Made by a program: the position numbers and the translations under genes
Shown: positions 37,801-51,213 of the stretch, in pieces
How the letters are laid out: the number at the start of each line of letters is the position of its first letter
How positions within the stretch are numbered: position 1 is the stretch's first letter
The notes under the pieces: model-generated
What the model saw: only the letters and a program-made list of their open reading frames with translations
Databases searched by the model: none
Told to the model about the DNA's origin: nothing
From: Oikopleura dioica
Taxonomy: Eukaryota > Animalia > Chordata
Length of the DNA stretch: 64,000 bases
Direction of reading: 5' to 3'
NCBI GenBank assembly: GCA_907165135.1
Contig: OU015569.1
Location: forward strand, 10,354,001 to 10,418,000

Positions 37801-40800
37801 CTTCCTTCCACTCGCTAAATGCTGCGTCATTTCGGGCCTTTTGGACGAGGTTTTCTTCGATGAGTTGGCGATTTTTCAACTTTAGCTCATTCTGCTCCGC
37901 CTTGTACTTCTGAACCTCCGAAAGTGCTTGTCCACTGGCAACTACTTGGTTCATGTAGTTGTCGTTCAAGTGGGAGAGCTCATCGGCCTTCGCGTTCAAG
38001 TTTTCTTTCAAGCTCAAGATCGTTGAGTTGAGAGAGTCGATCTAATTTAAATACAGTTCTTATCGAATATTTTAAGCGAAAAAATACCTCAGTACGAAGA
38101 TTTTGAATGTCTTCCGTGCCAGACTCCTTTTTGAGTCGCTCGATTTCGCTACTTTGATCAGAAATAGTTTGATCTCTTTCGACGACTGTTTGCTGCGCCT
38201 CCTCGATTTCTTTGTCTTTGCAAAGCTTAATTTTCGTGAACTCTTCGATGCTCTCATTCATTCGCTTCTCAGCATCCGACGCGATCTTTTTGAAATCAGC
38301 AATTTGAACATCTTTTCGCTCAAGATCTTCTTTCAAAGATTTTATATCGACTTCGTATCGCTTGAGTTCGTCGCTGAAGTCCGAAGCTGGCTTCATTTGG
38401 GAACCGGGTCCTCCTGCTCTCGTCGGACTCTTCGAAAATTGAAGCATCTGCCGTTGCTTGATTCGTTGGAGCTCTTGAGCGAGAGTCGAGTTCTTAAAAA
38501 TAAGTTGACTTTAACCGTTACTTTTTTAATAAATAACCTTGTTGCGCTCTTCTTCAAGCTTTTTAGAGACGGTTTCTTCCTGCTGCTTGAGTTTTTGAAT
38601 GGCGTCGGCATGCTCCTTGTGGATGCTCTCGATTTTGCTCTCATAAGCTTGCGTCTTGGCGATTTCGGCGTTGAGATCACTCTCGAGCTTGATAGTGGTG
38701 GCGGTCTTTTGCTCGGCGAAATGCTGCTGCAGTTTCGTCATAGTGTCGAGCACGGCGCTCTGCTGGAGTTCGTTCTTCTCAATATTCTTGAGTTGTTCTT
38801 TCAAGTTGTTGATTTCCCACTCCAAGTTGGAGTTCTTGCTCTTAGAAGCGGCCAGGGCAATTTTGAACTGCGACTTTTCTTCAATTGCTTCCATGAGAGA
38901 AGCGGTGATGTTGGACGAGTTCTCGCTCTCCTTCTCGAGCGTTTTTACCAACTGCTCGTGGGATGAGTTAAGCGTCTCTACCTGCTCCTTGCATCGTTTC
39001 AGCTCGTCCTCTTTCGTTACAAGAACAAAGTCTTGGTTCTTGATAGTGACCTCGTACTTGCTGATCCTGCAGGCTAAATCGTTGCGCTCCTTTTCGTGAT
39101 TAACAATCTCCGAATATTGACAAGTGTTTTTCTTTTGAAGCTCTTCGATTTTGAACTTGCACTGGTCCAGTTCGCGCTGCAAAGAAGCCACAAGTTCCTT
39201 ATCCTTCGCATTCGAGAAGGATTTTCTTGGAGAAGGCACCAATGCGGAGGTTTCTTCGATGGAACGAACACCATCGTCCATCTCATTCTCTTCGTCTTCG
39301 ATTCGTCGCCGTTCGAAGTACTCGTGCCAACTTTCCCGTTGCTTTTTGATTGCGTTCAGCTCAGTTTCGATGTTGCTACGTTCGATCTTCTCAAGCTCGA
39401 GAAGATGACCCATCTCGTTGAGCTTTGTTTCCAGCTCTTCCGTGTTCAAGTCAGTAAAGGCCTTGTACTTGAACTGAAGGGCGATGAGCTCATTAGTCTT
39501 GTCGGAGAGCTGCTTCTGGGTGTCAGTGATGATGTTATCTAAGTTACTTCCGTCTTCGATTTTGTGAATCAAATCGGCATTGCGCATGTTGAGCTCCTTG
39601 ATTTGAGCGACGAAGATGTCATTCTCTTCAGCGAGCTTTTGGCGCGATGTTCTCACTTGATGACACTCGAGTCTAAGCGCGCCCAATTCTTGATTCGAGT
39701 CTGCCAACTGATCCGTTAGACTCTGGATAAACCCTTGCGACTTTTCATACTCGTCGCGCATTCGCTGGAGCTGGGGCTCTTTGTCTTTGATCTCGCCCAT
39801 GATTTGACGCTGCATCTGCTGATATGCCTCGTTTTCCGCCTCGAGTTTTTCCGCAAGCTGGGACTTAGTGATGTACTCTGAGTACATCTCGGTGAGTGTC
39901 ATGCCTGATCGGAGGAGCTTGATGGCAGCAGCAGCTATTGGACTAAATTCCTCTAGCTCGTTCTTGTCAAAAGCTGGCCCGGTTCGTTTAACCTCGGAGA
40001 GCATGTCGTTGGCAAGTTTGAGCTCTTCCTCCATCTTGGTTTTTCGCATTTCGAAATCTTTCTCGAGTTCCTCGCAGCGCTGGACGGTCTCCTTCAGCTG
40101 CACGTTCTGCTCGAGAAGCTGGTGCATATCTGCACGGAGCTCTTCGACAGTTGCGCTACTTTCTTCGCCCTTCTTTCGATGCGTTTCTAGCTGCGATTTC
40201 AGAAGATCAACAACGCGGCCCTGAGTGAGAATGTCCGTTTTGTAGAGCTGCTCAGAGTCGGCGAACTCCTTCGCTCGCTCTTCAAACTCGTTTCGTTGCT
40301 GGAGAACCTGGTTGGTTTTGTACTCCAGGTCGCTTTCCAAAACTTGAATACGGTTCTCCAGCGATTCGATCTCTTTTTGTGCATTGTCAGCTTCACCCTT
40401 TCGATTTTTTCGATCCTCATCAGCAAGTTTTTTTGCAGTTTGATATCTCACCTTAGAGATTTCGGTTAGACAAATTAATGTAAAGAGAGATACTATCTTA
40501 CCTTTTCGTTATCGAGCTCCAAAGTGAGACTTTGATTTTCGATCTCTAGCTTTTTTGTCGTTGATCTCAGTCGCTCAATAGTGAAGCCATCGTGTCTCCG
40601 TTCGATTTCGAGAGTGTCCAACTGTCCTTTCACCTGGTTTTTCTCTTTCAACAATGTATTCGCCTTCGTCGCTGTTGACTCGTACTCTTCCATCAGATTC
40701 GTGAGCTCTTCGTCTTTTTGTTTGAGCACTTGCTCCAGCCGCGACTTGTCTGTCAATACTCGATCTCTAAAGATTTAAAGTATATTATTTGAAAGAGATG

Positions 40801-41242
40801 GAAATTATTTACCGCTCGACTTTGATTTTAGTCAAATCGCCATCCTTGTTGTGCATATTTCGATGACATTCCGCAATTTGATCTCGTAGTGCGTTGAGCT
40901 CGGAGAGAAGGGCAGTAGATGCTCGTTTGTCTTGATCATCTTGTTCGGCAGTAGATTGATTCAGGGCAGCAGAGGACTCGGTCGCTTTTTCGAGCAGGTG
41001 TTTTGTCTAGTTAAAAAGAAGATGAAAGAAGGTATTTAAGGAATTATAGGTTCACCTCATCTAACTCATTTTTAAGTCGCTGAACTTCGATCTTTTTTCC
41101 ATCATCATCAGCATCTGGCAGTGCTAGTTCGAGCTTTTTGATGATATTAGAGTTTTTGATCGTCGATAACTCTATTGGTGTCAGTAACTTGCCGAGTTTA
41201 TCTGTCGATAGTTGGGCCGAAATCTTTCGCTTCGGTGCCATC
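34849..41242 (-). CDS. TPR: Nucleoprotein TPR / Megator (nuclear basket)
   Basis: Very long coiled coil with TPR-like motifs SPIAAAAIKLLRSGMTLTEMYSEY, MRRDVSIAEGE and LNIVKESNCVLRDE. Acidic disordered tail with VPHTPTL. Confidence 0.85.
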
Positions 41243-41764
41243 TTAAAATTATAAATTTGAGTGAAGCATAATAGTAATGATTGTATAGTTTCTCGCAGTT
41301 GTTGAAGATGAATGAAGGGCAGTTAGTATAGTATACAGTATATGGATGGAACTTTGTCTCTTTGTAGGTCTCTTTCTGAAGGATCTACTTGCTTCACTCG
41401 ATATAGCAAGGTCGAATTATTAAACTATCTCTGTCCGAATGCCGATTTTAAAGACGAGTTGCTGACGTGGCCTGTAACGGTTGATCGAAAAAGATCAGTT
41501 TTGCGATAAAATGGGTCGTTTCTGATTTTTCGTGGTGCTCAGACGCCAACTTGGAGACGTTTTTTAGCAAAAATAAGACCAATCCAAGAAGCGCACATGT
41601 TGGCCAGCTAGCTTCAATCTAAAATAAGTGCAGTTGACAATTCTTGAACTTTATTTATGTATTGAATGGATACGCGAGGAATAGACAGAAAGAAGAAATG
41701 TGGTCAAAATGAAGAAGCAAGAATGAAGAAGATGAAAATGGATAACTCATAGTGGCGAACTCGC

Positions 41765-43012
41765 TCAATAGTCGTTGTAGTCATCAAGCTGGGCTCGATA
41801 GCCAGGCTTGTTTCGATAAAGAACATAGTGCTGAACGATGAAAAGTGCATCGAAGAGAATGGAAAAGAGCCCAAGGCCGAACTTCGTTGGATCGCCAAAA
41901 ATGTTGCTGAAGTCGTTGTTGTTGACGCCTTGAAGCATCATTTGGAGCATTGAAAGGGATCCTCCAGTGAGATCAAGCAAGACGTTGCCAATTGACCAAC
42001 CTTCAGTTGATTTTCGCCTTAAAATGGAAGTTTTAAACAAAGAGCTAGAAAAAATTCATTGCACCTGTAGTTCATGAGAGCCTGTGGGATATATTTGACA
42101 ATTGTAATGGCGAGTTTGACGGAAGACAAAATTATCAGGTAATCTAGCCAGAGCATACTACCAACGGCGGGAGCGATACAGCCCAAAACAGCAGCAAGAA
42201 TACAAGCGCCGGAAAATAACCAACCGAATTTGCTTACTTTTTGACCATTTTTGTCGTAAATGACAATTTGGAAGCCAGTGAAGGCAGAGGCGAGAAACGC
42301 GTGGAGAGAAAAAAAAATCTAAAATGATTTTGGAAATACTGAAATCAAGGAAGAGTATTTACATCATTCGGCAAGACAGGATTGACACCATCATGCCGTC
42401 GCTCTTCATATTGTGCGAAAATATTCTTGCTGAAGAAGAGCGCCAAATTGTACGCACTGTAGCACGCGAATCCGATGGTGTTGAGCAACACAAAATCAAA
42501 ATTCAATCCCTCAACATTTTTACGCTTGAAATTGAGCCAGATTTGTGGGTAGAAGGATACTGTCCAGGCGACAAAGTACATCCATCCGATGACCTCGTTG
42601 AAGACATAAAGTGATTCGGATTTGATAACGTTCACTCGGGTCACGTCATCGGTCGAGTTTGTGTCGTTGAAATTGATGAACTCTTGGCCGATGGAGACAG
42701 ACTGGAGGATAATGGATGAAGTGTTACTGTCCAGATGAATTTTGCAGTTGTAGGAAGAGAGTGACCCAGAGAGACATGTTATGTTCACTAAAGTTTCCGA
42801 TAAGCTCAAAGGAAAACTAGATTATAAAAATCGAAAATGCTGGCTTTACCTATCGAATCGGTATAATTTGTATAGATGTATGCGTCTTTCGCTTCGTCTG
42901 AAGAAATCTCCCAGCTTCCATTTTTCCCATTCTGTATCCTTATAGAACCAGGTATCGCCACATCCGAGCCGAAACCGAATAAGAGCGTTGAAATAAAATG
43001 CAGATCCAACAT
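41765..43012 (-). CDS. CTNS: Cystinosin, lysosomal PQ-loop cystine transporter
   Basis: [67 protein letters not shown]. Confidence 0.94.
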
Positions 43013-43059
43013 CCGCTTCACACGAACTCTTAAAACTACAGGCTAAGTCAGAATCAGCT

Positions 43060-43555
43060 TCATTCCTCAAGACTATTGACAGTAATATACAGTGAGCAAT
43101 CAGAACAAGGGACGTCAACAGGAAAGTCCACTGTATTCCTGTCTATAGAAAACACTCCTTGGCATCTACATTGATAACTTAGATATCCGCTATCTTCGTC
43201 ATCGGTTTCAAAGTCGAGCAAATCAAGTGTGCCTGAAGAAGGAGCACTTTTCTTGATACCAAATCGTTTATCATAATCTACAGGGGGATACTGGAACAAA
43301 AGCTATTATAAATATTCAAAAAGGCATCTGTATAATATCAAATTTCTATCCCCTATTTGCTAATCGTAACTCTTCATCAACAAGAGTCTTGTAGGCAGTA
43401 GTTAACCGGTCGAAAAGTGAGCTACTGTATTGAGTGTTCGAGTTTTGAGAACCGCACTTGTCCGGATGAGCCGACCTTGCTTTATTTCTATAAGCAGTTT
43501 TTATCTCGCTTGTGCTCGCGTCTGACTTGACTCCCAAAATATCATAATAAGACAT
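43060..43555 (-). CDS. DNAJC24: DnaJ homolog C24 / Dph4 (J domain plus CSL zinc finger)
   Basis: YYDILGV...HPDK J domain. CRC...CSDCSLYI zinc finger. One intron, probably 43278-43359 and non-canonical. Confidence 0.9.
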
Positions 43556-43703
43556 TCTGAACCGTTATCACATTTATTCACGGACACAAGTTTTTTTTCG
43601 TTTTCAGTTGACTAAGAGTTTTTTCTACGTTCTGGCAGCATTGTCAAAATGAGTCTAATTCCGCCTTCAAGGTCTACAGCGGCCGCTGAAGGCGGTGCGG
43701 ATG

Positions 43704-44239
43704 TTAGAAAGTCTTTTTAAAGCCGAACTTCTTCCTTTCGTAGAACAGGTCAGTCTTCGCCGAGCCAAGATTGACAATCTTTGGGCAACCATCTCTGTCC
43801 TACAAAAGATAAAGGTAACTTTCCTTCAATCATATTATTTTTCACCTTCTCGAGCTTGGTGCACTCACGGCAGTAGTACGCGTCCGAAATTCCTGGGCCA
43901 CCACAAATCACACAGCGACCCTGTTTAATTGAAACATACAAAAAAGTTTGACTTGAGCTTGATCTACCTGGAAGGAGCCGTAGTTACATTCGTCACAGAT
44001 ACGGACAAGGGTCGACGGTCGAACATAGGAGTCGCAAATGACACAACGACCATCACACTGGTCAAGGTTTATTAAATACTACTAGAAAAAGGGTATTGAC
44101 ATAACAATCATTCGAATGACCGAAAAATGTCTGGTTTATTGAAATTATCGAGCGTAAACCTCTTCTTATCACAAAGTCTTCCGATGGCAACACCAGCTTG
44201 CTTACGACAAAAAATCAAATCTGGATGATGCTTCGCCAT
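43704..44239 (-). CDS. PHF5A: PHD finger-like protein 5A (SF3b subunit)
   Basis: [25 protein letters not shown]|[14 protein letters not shown]...[20 protein letters not shown]. Four exons. Confidence 0.97.
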
Positions 44240-44450
44240 CACCAAATGTCGATGACAATAATCTGATTAAATTTTTGTTACGTTTATTGTCTGTATAAAA
44301 CAAGTCTTGCTGATTTCGAATTCTAGTTTAATGAATTCCAGTTGAATCCTAAGCACAGGTTTTTAAATAAAATCCGAGCCAATAAATAAGTTTTTTTATA
44401 AATTAAATTATCGAGGGGGAACAGGTGAACATTCTTCTTTTTTTTTTTGT

Positions 44451-45883
44451 TTAGATTTCATAGTTTTGAGGGAAGGCATGGACGTCTCCAAGAACAACCA
44501 AGGATTTAGCGGAGGCAGCGGCTTCGGCGGCGAACGCGCTAACTTCATCGGCGATAACACCAGAGACATCAGAGACCTGGCCAGTGGCAACAGCGGCGAC
44601 GGCAGCCTTGTCGCCCTAGAAGCAATTAATAACCGGAAATTATTTTGAAAACGGATAAAAATTATATCACATAGTTTTGAAGGAACTTCTTGTGAAAAAT
44701 TAGGACTTCGAGAGAATGCCGAGTTAAAAGAATGGACTTACAGATCCGAGCGCAACAGCCTGGGCAAGAGCAGCGCTCGAGACGGCAGAGGCAGCATCGA
44801 AGGCGGCAAGGGAGCCAAGCTTGGTGGAAAGCTCAGCTGGAGAGTGAGCAGAAAACTGGATGACCTGGTTGCCAGAGTAGCTGATGACCTTGCCACCGAG
44901 GCCAGCGGCGACAACAGCGGCAACACCAGAATCGGTGCCAGTGGCGTTGATACCGACGACGGCGACGGAGGCTCCTGGTCGAGCGATGCGGACCTAGATC
45001 ACAAATAAAACAAACAAAAGTAGATGAATATAGAACCTGTCCAGCATAGAACTGGGAAGCAACACCAGCGTTGTTGGAGAAGGTGTTCTCCTGGAGCTGG
45101 GTAACGATCTTCTGGAGGAAGCTCTCAGAGACGCCGGAGCCAACGACGATCATGTCTTCAGTACCGTAGTGGCTGTGGTGGAAGTTTCGGGCCAAGTTCT
45201 CGAGGATTTCATCTCGCTCTTCGAGCATTCGCGGGTTCTCGGAACCGTAACCGCCAGTGAAACCGTTGTTGTTGGAAAGACCACCCTGATTAAAATTCAT
45301 TTTCAAAAAGGATGATGAAAAAGCTTACAGTGAAGGAAGCCTGGTGGAAAGCGTTGTCAACTGGGCAGGATCCGTTAGCCTTGGCCTGGCTCCATGGGTG
45401 GAACATCTCGTATTTCAAGAAGAGAGGCTGGTTGATAGAGGGGACCAAGACATCGGTGGCGAGCTCCTCGATGGCCTTTGGACCGGCAGAGATGGAAACG
45501 ACCGTTCGCTCTCGGTTTCCAAAGGTCTCGAACTCACCGCCCATCAAGTTGACCATCTAAAAAGGGAAGTCATGATTTCGTTGGGGTGAAGTTGGCATAC
45601 TCGCTGCTGGAGAGTAGCAGTGTTTCGGTAGTTGGAGAGACCGAGGGTGTATCGGGTGAAGGTGGCAGCGCCAATGTTGGCAGCGGTTTCATTGGCCGCA
45701 CCAGCCTTGATGGAGACAGCAACCTAAACAACGTTGGTAGGTATTGAAAAGTATGCTTGTCAATACCTGGCATGCTGGGGAGGAGGCGGGAAGTGCGATA
45801 GCGGTGATGCCACTGGAGTACACCTGCGTCGACGCGTTTGCCTGGACGAGAGCTTGAGCACTCTTAGTGAGGGTCGTACGCAT
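44451..45883 (-). CDS. UQCRC2: Cytochrome bc1 complex core protein 2-like (inactive M16 family)
   Basis: VSIKAGAANET, LMGGEFETFGNRE, FHQASF-GGLSN, MIVVGSGV, SLVVLGDVHAFP. No HxxEH motif. About 375 aa and divergent. Confidence 0.75.
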
Positions 45884-46272
45884 CTCTGAAAACAAAACTC
45901 TCTGGTTACTATTGTTACTATCAATCCTTCGAGTAAATTAAAATCTAGGTTAAATTCCAATCGAATCAATGATTCGAGCGATGACGAGCATTAGAGAATC
46001 TGTTAGTCATTTTTGTTCAGTTAGCAATAGTAAACATTACACATGAACAGAGACAGAAGAGAGAAAGACGCATTCATGGCGGCCAATCAGCGTCAACTCG
46101 TTGCCGCCTCAATCGAGTGTGCCCAAGAAAAAAGAGCTATTTTAGCATATACAGTTTTTAATTAATCAACACTACTATGCGACTTGGACCAGTGGGCTAA
46201 AAACAAAGACTTTTCTAGAAAGATTCCTGATATTGATTGCACATTTTAATTTAATCAATTACAAACAATTAA

Positions 46273-46649
<377 letters not shown>

Positions 46650-46697
46650 TCTGAGTACTGTTACAGGACTTTAGACTTTAGTTCGCTTGAATTGAAT

Positions 46698-47338
46698 CTA
46701 CAGAATATTGTCAAACAGTATGTCAAAGGACTCAAAGTATGTTTCATTCGAGGATGCGGATATATAATTCGGTCGAAACCCGTGCCAAGGGACTATGAGG
46801 GCGCTGCCATCTGAAGGTCCCAAAAACTGAAGAATCTTGAATTATTTTAGCACGAGTTACTCTATCTTACGTGGAGTAAAATGAGGATGAAGTCGATAAA
46901 TGCTCCGATTCCAGCCATTCCACATGTTGACAATTTAATAAGGCCAATCACAGGATATCCGAGATAAAAACGATCTAAAGAGCAGTTGAACAAGAGTTTC
47001 TTTAACAAACTAATAGTACCTATACCAAAGACACCAAGAAATATGCTAAGAACGACGGCAGTGGCGTAATATTTTCTATTTGTCCAGCGACAAGGAGCGA
47101 AGACTTGAATCGACTCTGAAAAGACGGTCCCGTTGAATTGCTTCTCCTGGCCGCCATCTTCTGTACAGTTGATGCCTTTTAGCGGGGCACAGCGGAGTCG
47201 GAGCTGCTCTTCGCGAGGGCATCCTGCGTATTCTTGAGTTTCAAGATCGATCGGGGGCAACTCGCAGATAAATTGATTTTTTCGTAAGTTCCGACATTCA
47301 AGAGCGCTTGCGATCGCTAACAGAAAACATATTAGCAT
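46698..47338 (-). CDS. TM2D1: TM2 domain-containing protein 1-like
   Basis: Signal peptide, Cys-rich ectodomain, PCRWTN...LSIFLGVFGIDRFYLGYP...LGPSDGS. Confidence 0.88.
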
Positions 47339-47620
47339 CTGAATAAGTAATATAATGCAGTAGCTTGTACATAAAAAGAAGAAAGATACGCAACGGCTTT
47401 GAAGTTTTTCAGATTTTTTTTTGGATTTTGGATTACGATCATTAACCGAAATCATCGGATCTTCAATTAGAAAAAGGACAAGAGGGCAGTATGAGGAAAG
47501 GAAAGAAATAGAAAGAGTGAGGGAGAGTGACAAATTTGAATTTTTCCTAACGTACACAATAATTTAGACCGACGATAATGAAATTTTTGTTTTTTCTTTT
47601 TTTTTTCTTGATTTTCGGGT

Positions 47621-49126
47621 TTACAAGATTCCTTGGCGTCGCATGTCGTCGTATGTCTTTCGATTGACAACGTTGCCCAGCGAGTCCTCGAATTCTTCGT
47701 CCATGTGCGGGTTGAACTTTTCCGACGCTTTTTGTTCCTTGAGCTTGGCCCAGAGCGCGAGGGCGTCTTCGATCTCGGTGACGTTGGCGAAGTGGGCAGT
47801 GTTTGGGATTCCTAAACAGCGCATACCGTGCGCGTGTCGCCACTCGCTGAAATGGCGCTGGAAAGCTTTAGGCCCTCGGTAAGTTTGGTTTCCGCAGATC
47901 TGGCACTTGTAATCGATGTTGAGCCCGTGCAGCTTGTAGAGCCAATACGGAATTGGTTTACCGTCCCAGCCGAGTGGCAAGTTCTTCGGGTTGTAAATGA
48001 TGTCGTCTTCTTCCTCTTCCTCCTCTTCTTCGACGAATTCCTCGTCTTCCTCGTCCTCCATTCGCTCGTCCTCAGTTCGTGCTTGTTTCCGCTCCACATT
48101 GTCGCGTGTCATCTCGCGTTGCTCCCCGAGGATTTCAATGAGACGATAAATCTGTGCTTCAACAAATGCAATCTCTTTCTTTCCATTTCTTGCCGCCTCT
48201 TTTCCTTTGCCACTCTTCTTCGCTTTGATGGAAGCGGGGATTTGATCATCGGAGAGGCCCTTAGTCGAAAACAATCTCTCCGCACGGTTAGTCAGTGTTC
48301 CACCGCACTTGAGCCCAAGTGCCATCAACGCCGATTTGAGACGATCGAGGCCGAGTTTTTCAAGCTCCTCAGCTGAGTTGATATTCGTCAGATCCAACGG
48401 AGCGCCGGATGATTTGAGCGCAGTGTTCGATTCAGTCCAGCCAGGAAATTGACCCTTGGCCCATTGTTCTTCAAAGTCCTTTTTGGTCTCAAGAACGTCC
48501 TGTTCGAAGTCGATGAGTGGCTTGACTTTTTCGGCGTATTCGTAGAGATAACTCATCAGGTTATTGACGTAATCCTTGTACGCGAGCGAGTTCTTCTTGT
48601 CCTTGGAGATGTCGAAGAGCTTGTCAAAGATGGTGAGGTAGTCGAGATACTCGATTTTGCTGATTCCCTTGATGTTGACGTAGCGATTGTAGTGCTCGTG
48701 CAGGTCAAGGAATCGTCCGTATCCTTCCTCGTCGGAGAACTCGACCATATTCGGGAGATTATCGTTTTCCTTGACTTGGATGTTCATCTGCTCATATTGG
48801 AAGCAAAGTGGCTTGCCGGCGTCTTGGGGTCGCAGGCGGTGGAATTCCTTTATGTTACGGAGACGGGAGTAGAACTCCGGGAATTCGTTGGGGCCGGCAA
48901 TCTTGTTCATTTCCTCCTTTCGAGAGCCGTCCTCGTCGTTGTAGTCGTCTTCCAACTGCTTGGCGCAGGCGAGGGATCTGTCCAGAAGGACCTTGATTCT
49001 ATGATCGGAGTTGACTTGGTCCCGGTGGGATTGTTTCTTTTCGAGGTTCTCGACGACCATCGCGCCGATGATCCTCTCACGTTCCTCATGCAGTGATCGT
49101 TGCTTCTCGAGAATGGATAAGTCCAT
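47621..49126 (-). CDS. SF3A3: Splicing factor 3A subunit 3 (Prp9), intronless
   Basis: 501-aa ORF with [40 protein letters not shown]...[14 protein letters not shown]. Confidence 0.98.
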   Translation of the reverse strand: MDLSILEKQRSLHEERERIIGAMVVENLEKKQSHRDQVNSDHRIKVLLDRSLACAKQLEDDYNDEDGSRKEEMNKIAGPNEFPEFYSRLRNIKEFHRLRPQDAGKPLCFQYEQMNIQVKENDNLPNMVEFSDEEGYGRFLDLHEHYNRYVNIKGISKIEYLDYLTIFDKLFDISKDKKNSLAYKDYVNNLMSYLYEYAEKVKPLIDFEQDVLETKKDFEEQWAKGQFPGWTESNTALKSSGAPLDLTNINSAEELEKLGLDRLKSALMALGLKCGGTLTNRAERLFSTKGLSDDQIPASIKAKKSGKGKEAARNGKKEIAFVEAQIYRLIEILGEQREMTRDNVERKQARTEDERMEDEEDEEFVEEEEEEEEDDIIYNPKNLPLGWDGKPIPYWLYKLHGLNIDYKCQICGNQTYRGPKAFQRHFSEWRHAHGMRCLGIPNTAHFANVTEIEDALALWAKLKEQKASEKFNPHMDEEFEDSLGNVVNRKTYDDMRRQGIL

Positions 49127-49795
49127 GTTCTTAGTTTTTCGAGATTGATTTACCTTATGTTATTTACTAATATCGAAATCGAAGTGTCCGAAAAGAAAAT
49201 TGACTCTGAAAGTATAAGAATTTAAACACGAGAAAGTTAAAGATAAAACGCGTACTTTGATAGTTGATAGTAAAAACTGAAAAGTAATAACGAAATTGAA
49301 TGATTGTTGAATTGAAAAAGGCAGGAATGTTAGCAAAAACGGAAGCGGAAGAGTCACAAGAAGATAAATAAGAAAATAACATGAATATTGCGAAGGGCAT
49401 TGCTAACTGTTTATAAGATTCGTTTTATTAATTGAAGGAGCGGGGAAAAAATGAAGGATTGAGGCGATTTACAGTAAATTGACTTTTTAATGACAGTTCA
49501 GTACACAATCGAGTTCAGATTTAGATTCAGATTTTATTTTTTGAAGAAAGAAAAAGCGCGAATATATAGATAGAGAAAGCACCATTTCAATATTTTTATG
49601 CAAAGTGTATGTTTTCTTCATTTTGTTTTTTTTTAATTTCGAGGTCAATAATATTTACTCCTTTTGGTTTAAGGCTGGGTTAGTTCGGTAAATGTTACTT
49701 TGAATAGAAAGAGAGATTTTTGAAAGAGGAGCAGAGGAACGTGCTTTTGGCATTTTAAACGTTATTACAGTTATATTCTTTCCCTTTTTTCATAA

Positions 49796-51036
49796 TTAAC
49801 GTAGCCGAAAGGGCGAGATTCCTTTCACTGGCATTGGCTGATCTTTGTAAAAATCGATAAGAGCTGGAACACTGGAGAATTCTTTGACAGCGGTGGTATC
49901 TCCCTGGAGCTTCCAAAGGCCCATTGAAGGTTTTATGAGCAAATGAGTGAGTCCCAATTCTGAAAAAGAACGAACTGTGAAAATCTATTTTTTCAAAAAG
50001 AGACGCACCTTTAGTTTGAACAGACAGCGCGTAGCTCCCCTGCTCGGAAGACTTTCGAACAAGAAATGAGCCAGCAGGAGTGCCTTTTAAAGCTTCTTCT
50101 GCATGGATTCTTTGAAAATTTGGTTTGTACCAGAAGTGGTCGCTTTCAATCCCAGATCCATCACCATCCATTGATTGTGAGAAGCTTCTTGATATTCGTT
50201 TTGTAATCATTTCCTGGTCAGACTTCAGGCTCTTTTTGAGCTTTTCCCAATCCATCAACGACGAGTCTAAAATTCATCTTTTACCGAATGAGATTCTGAA
50301 GGAACTCACCTCCAGCGACGCTCGGAGAATAAGGAGCAAATGCATTTTGGTTGTATAACATTCGTTCTAGATCTGGAGGAGAGGTTGGGGGATGAGCACC
50401 AGTTGGTAAGGATGCACCTTTAGTCGAAGAAAGCTAAATAAATCGTTAAAATACGAAAAGATACAAGTAGATTATCTACTTCTAAATCACTTCGGCGGTA
50501 AAAATCAAAAGGGGCTTCTTCAAAGCCGGGAGTAGGAGTCGCGTGATCGAGCAACGCTTCATTTGTTCGTGAAAGATCGAGTCTAGTAAGATTTTACGTG
50601 AAAGAAGCTAAATTATAACCGGGATTACTTTGGAATGGATATCTTTGTCGGCCTCGGCGTCGGCGCGGCTAGCGTTGCAGACTTGTCGCCCAGCACCACT
50701 GAGGGTCGCGCTACGACGCTTGGCATGGGCTTCAAATCGGAATGGGCTCTTCGGTGCTGATTCACAAAAGCAGCGGAAGCAGCAGGAGCAGGACGGTAGG
50801 GAAAAACATCCCCAGCAGGTTTGGGGTTATTGTTGTTTCGATTGCTTGAATACAGAAATTAGTTCTCGCAAAGAAAAGTTCTCGTAAACAAGTCAAGTCT
50901 CAAAGTTTGAGACTCAAACGGTAAAGACATGGAGGACTTACTGTGTAGCAACACGGGAGAATTCAAACTCATCAGACACGGAGCTTCCTTTTTCGTCGGA
51001 GCCGCTATTGCCCAGCAATTTATCAATAATTCCCAT
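49796..51036 (-). CDS. Pro-rich adaptor with a C-terminal SH2 domain
   Basis: WYKPNFQRIHAEEALKGTPAGSFLVRKSSEQGSYALSV...HLLI...FSSVPALIDFY. Confidence 0.75.
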
Positions 51037-51213
51037 GCTTTCTCAATTTGTCGAAAAGGACATTCTTTAAATTCAGGAATAAGAAAGATTGCCCATCAGA
51101 TTTGAGAATAAGAAGATTTGAAGATTTAACAGGTCAGTAGTAAACACAATTAGAATAAGGAATGAAACACATTGCACAAAACGAGAAGAACAGTGTTTTG
51201 AATTAATATAGAA

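Noticed and set aside
38103-40224. Long plus-strand ORFs over TPR (also over SF3A3, STT3B and BET)
   Set aside because: Antisense shadows of codon-biased coding exons.
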